Shown one piece after another: positions 62,329-64,000 of a stretch of DNA of 64,000 nucleotides (its first letter is position 1; the number at the start of each line of letters is the position of its first letter). The stretch covers positions 4,259-68,258 of the forward strand of contig CAVRTI010000006.1 in NCBI GenBank assembly GCA_963723975.1, written 5' to 3'. The notes under the pieces are model-generated. The model did not search any database. It was not told the origin of the DNA and worked only from the letters and a program-made list of their open reading frames with translations. Made by a program: the position numbers and the translations under genes. This DNA comes from an uncultured Actinomycetota bacterium (GTDB lineage Bacteria > Actinomycetota > Actinomycetes > JACCUZ01).

Positions 62329-63465
62329 TCAGCCGAGCGCGCGGGTCAGGTCCTCGACGAGGTCCTCGACGGCCTCGATGCCGACCGAGAGGCGGACCAG
62401 GTCGGCCGGCACCTCGAGCGGGGACCCGGCTGCCGACGCGTGCGTCATCCGGCCCGGGGTGCTCGATGAGCGACTCCACCCCGCCGAGTGACTCGCCGAG
62501 GGTGAAGACCTCGGCCCGGTTGCACACCGCGACTGCCTCGTCCTCGCCGCCGGCGACCCGGAAGGACACCATGCCGCCGAAGGCCTTCATCTGCTTGGCG
62601 GCGATCTCGTGGCCCGGGTGCTCGGGCAGGCCTGGGTAGAACACCTCCGTCACCTTGGGGTGCGCGGTGAGCAGGTCGACGACCCGTTCCGCGTTGGAGC
62701 AGTGCCGGTCCATCCGTACGCCGAGCGTCTTGATGCCGCGCAGCACGAGCCAGGAGTCGAACGGTCCTGCGACCGCACCCATGGCGTTCTGGTGGTAGGT
62801 CACCTGCTCGGCCAGCTCGTCGTCGGCGATGACCAGCGCGCCACCCACGACGTCGGAGTGACCACCCATGTACTTCGTGGTCGAGTGCACGACGACGTCG
62901 GCGCCCAGTGCGAGCGGCTGCTGCAGGTAGGGCGACGCGAACGTGTTGTCGACGACCAGCAGCGCGCCGGCCTCGTGCGTGAGCTCGGCGATCGCGGCGA
63001 TGTCGGCGATGCCCAGCAGCGGGTTGGTCGGCGTCTCGAGCCAGACGACCTTCGTCGTCGGCCGGACGGCGCGGCCCGCACGTCGTCGACGCCGTGCCCG
63101 GCCGAGGGCGTGTGCTCGAGCCCCCAGCGGTCCTGCACCTTCGCGAACAGCCGGTAGGTGCCGCCGTACGCGTCACCCGGGATCACGACGTGGTCGCCCG
63201 GGCCGCAGACGGTGCGCAGCAGGGTGTCCTCCGCGGCGAGCCCGGACGCGAACGCAAGGCCGCGCCGGCCGCCCTCGATCGCGGCCAGGCACTCCTCCAG
63301 CGCGGTGCGGGTGGGGTTGGCGCTGCGGCTGTACTCGTAGCCGCCGCGCAGCCCGCCGACCCCGTCCTGCTTGTAGGTCGAGGTCTGGTAGATCGGCGGG
63401 ACGACGGCCCCGGTCAGCGGGTCCGGCTCCTGGCCGGCGTGGATCGCGAGCGTCTCGAAGTGCAT
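62329..63465 (-). pseudogene. metB: Cystathionine gamma-synthase / O-succinylhomoserine sulfhydrylase family PLP enzyme, two frameshifts
   Basis: MHFETLAIHAGQEPDPLTGAVVPPIYQTSTY...DDVRAA / AVRPTTKVVWLETPTNPLLGIADI...HSTTKYMGGHSDVVGG...SLIEHPG / RMTHASAAGSPLEVPADLVRLSVGIE...TRALG-stop. A -1 shift near 63075 and a +1 shift near 62452. Length is divisible by 3. Confidence 0.9.
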
Positions 63466-63490
63466 GGGGACAGGGTATGGCGAGTGCGCC

Positions 63491-64000
63491 ATGTCGGTGG
63501 TCCCGGCTAGGTTCGCTCGCGTGGTCGCGCTCACCTTCCCGTTGCGCACCGCGCGGCTGGACCTGCGGCCTTTCGAGGAGGGCGACCTCGACGACTTCCG
63601 CGAGATGTACGGCCGTGCGGACGTCCACCGCTACCTGTACACCGAGGCTCCGGACGAGGGCGGGCTGCGCGACTACCTCGCGAAGAAGATCTCCTCACCG
63701 CGCCCTGGCGGCCGCCGGCGACGGCCTGGCCCTGCTCGCCGTCCTGCGCGAGACGGGCGAGGCCGTGGGCGATCGCCGCGTTGTTCTGGGTCAGCGAGGA
63801 GCACCGGACAGGGGAGATCGGCTTCGTCGTGAAGCCCGCTGAGCAGGGCCGGGGCTACGCCACCGAGATGGCCGCCGAGATGATGCGGCTCGGCTTCGAG
63901 GACCTCGGGCTGCGCCGCGTCATCGGGCGGCTCGACGCGCGCAACACGGCGTCCGCCCGGGTGCTGGAGCACCTCGGCATGCGCCGCGAGGCCCTCCTCG
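63491..64000 (+). pseudogene. GNAT (RimJ/RimL-like) N-acetyltransferase, partial at the window end, at least two +1 frameshifts
   Basis: MSVVPARFARVVALTFPLRTARLDLRPFEEGDLDDFREMYGRADVHRYLY / LAAAGDGLALLAVLRETGEAVG / IAALFWVSEEHRTGEIGFVVKPAEQGRGYATEMAAEMMRLGFEDLGLRRVIGRLDARNTASARVLEHLGM. Runs off the window. Confidence 0.75.

Overview
This is a high-GC Actinomycetota chromosome segment. The evidence is the mycothiol amidase gene mca, frequent GTG/TTG starts, many 4-nt ATGA/GTGA gene overlaps and leaderless-type promoters. I call about 60 protein-coding genes or gene remnants and several strong hairpins. I saw no rRNA, tRNA, CRISPR array, transposase or integrase by eye.

The backbone is colinear with the Mycobacterium tuberculosis Rv1079-Rv1112 neighbourhood (gene numbers from memory). 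Shared genes are metB, greA, DUF4307, mca, a yyaL-like thioredoxin-domain protein, hemolysin III, a Z-prenyl transferase, phoH2, fumC, glpX, DUF4245, xseB/xseA, ispH and ychF.

Accessory blocks interrupt this backbone:
- a YefM/RelE toxin-antitoxin pair
- a MacAB-type ABC efflux operon, an OmpR/HK two-component system and two tandem CzcA-like RND pumps
- a modABC operon with a coupled HTH-TOBE regulator
- a class I fumarase and a 973-aa LAL/LuxR regulator
- a PAS-GGDEF-EAL protein
- a DrrAB-like ABC-2 exporter
- a FIST / AAA+ / vWA cluster
- an MFS transporter and a GlmL-like ATPase

The most conspicuous signal is about 49 single-nucleotide frame disruptions, roughly 40 +1 and 9 -1. They are very unevenly distributed: 29 fall in 7.9-16.2 kb and none in 24.2-36.7 kb. 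They hit housekeeping genes such as ispH and metB. I think assembly or basecalling indels are more likely than biology, but the sequence alone cannot decide.

I found no convincing wholly new multi-gene system. The best candidates for follow-up are:
- the FIST / AAA+ / vWA cluster with its adjacent hairpin-bracketed noncoding unit and 11-codon ORF (58.6-59.0 kb)
- a GTCAC-repeat leader upstream of a cell-wall hydrolase gene
- the asymmetrically disrupted efflux island
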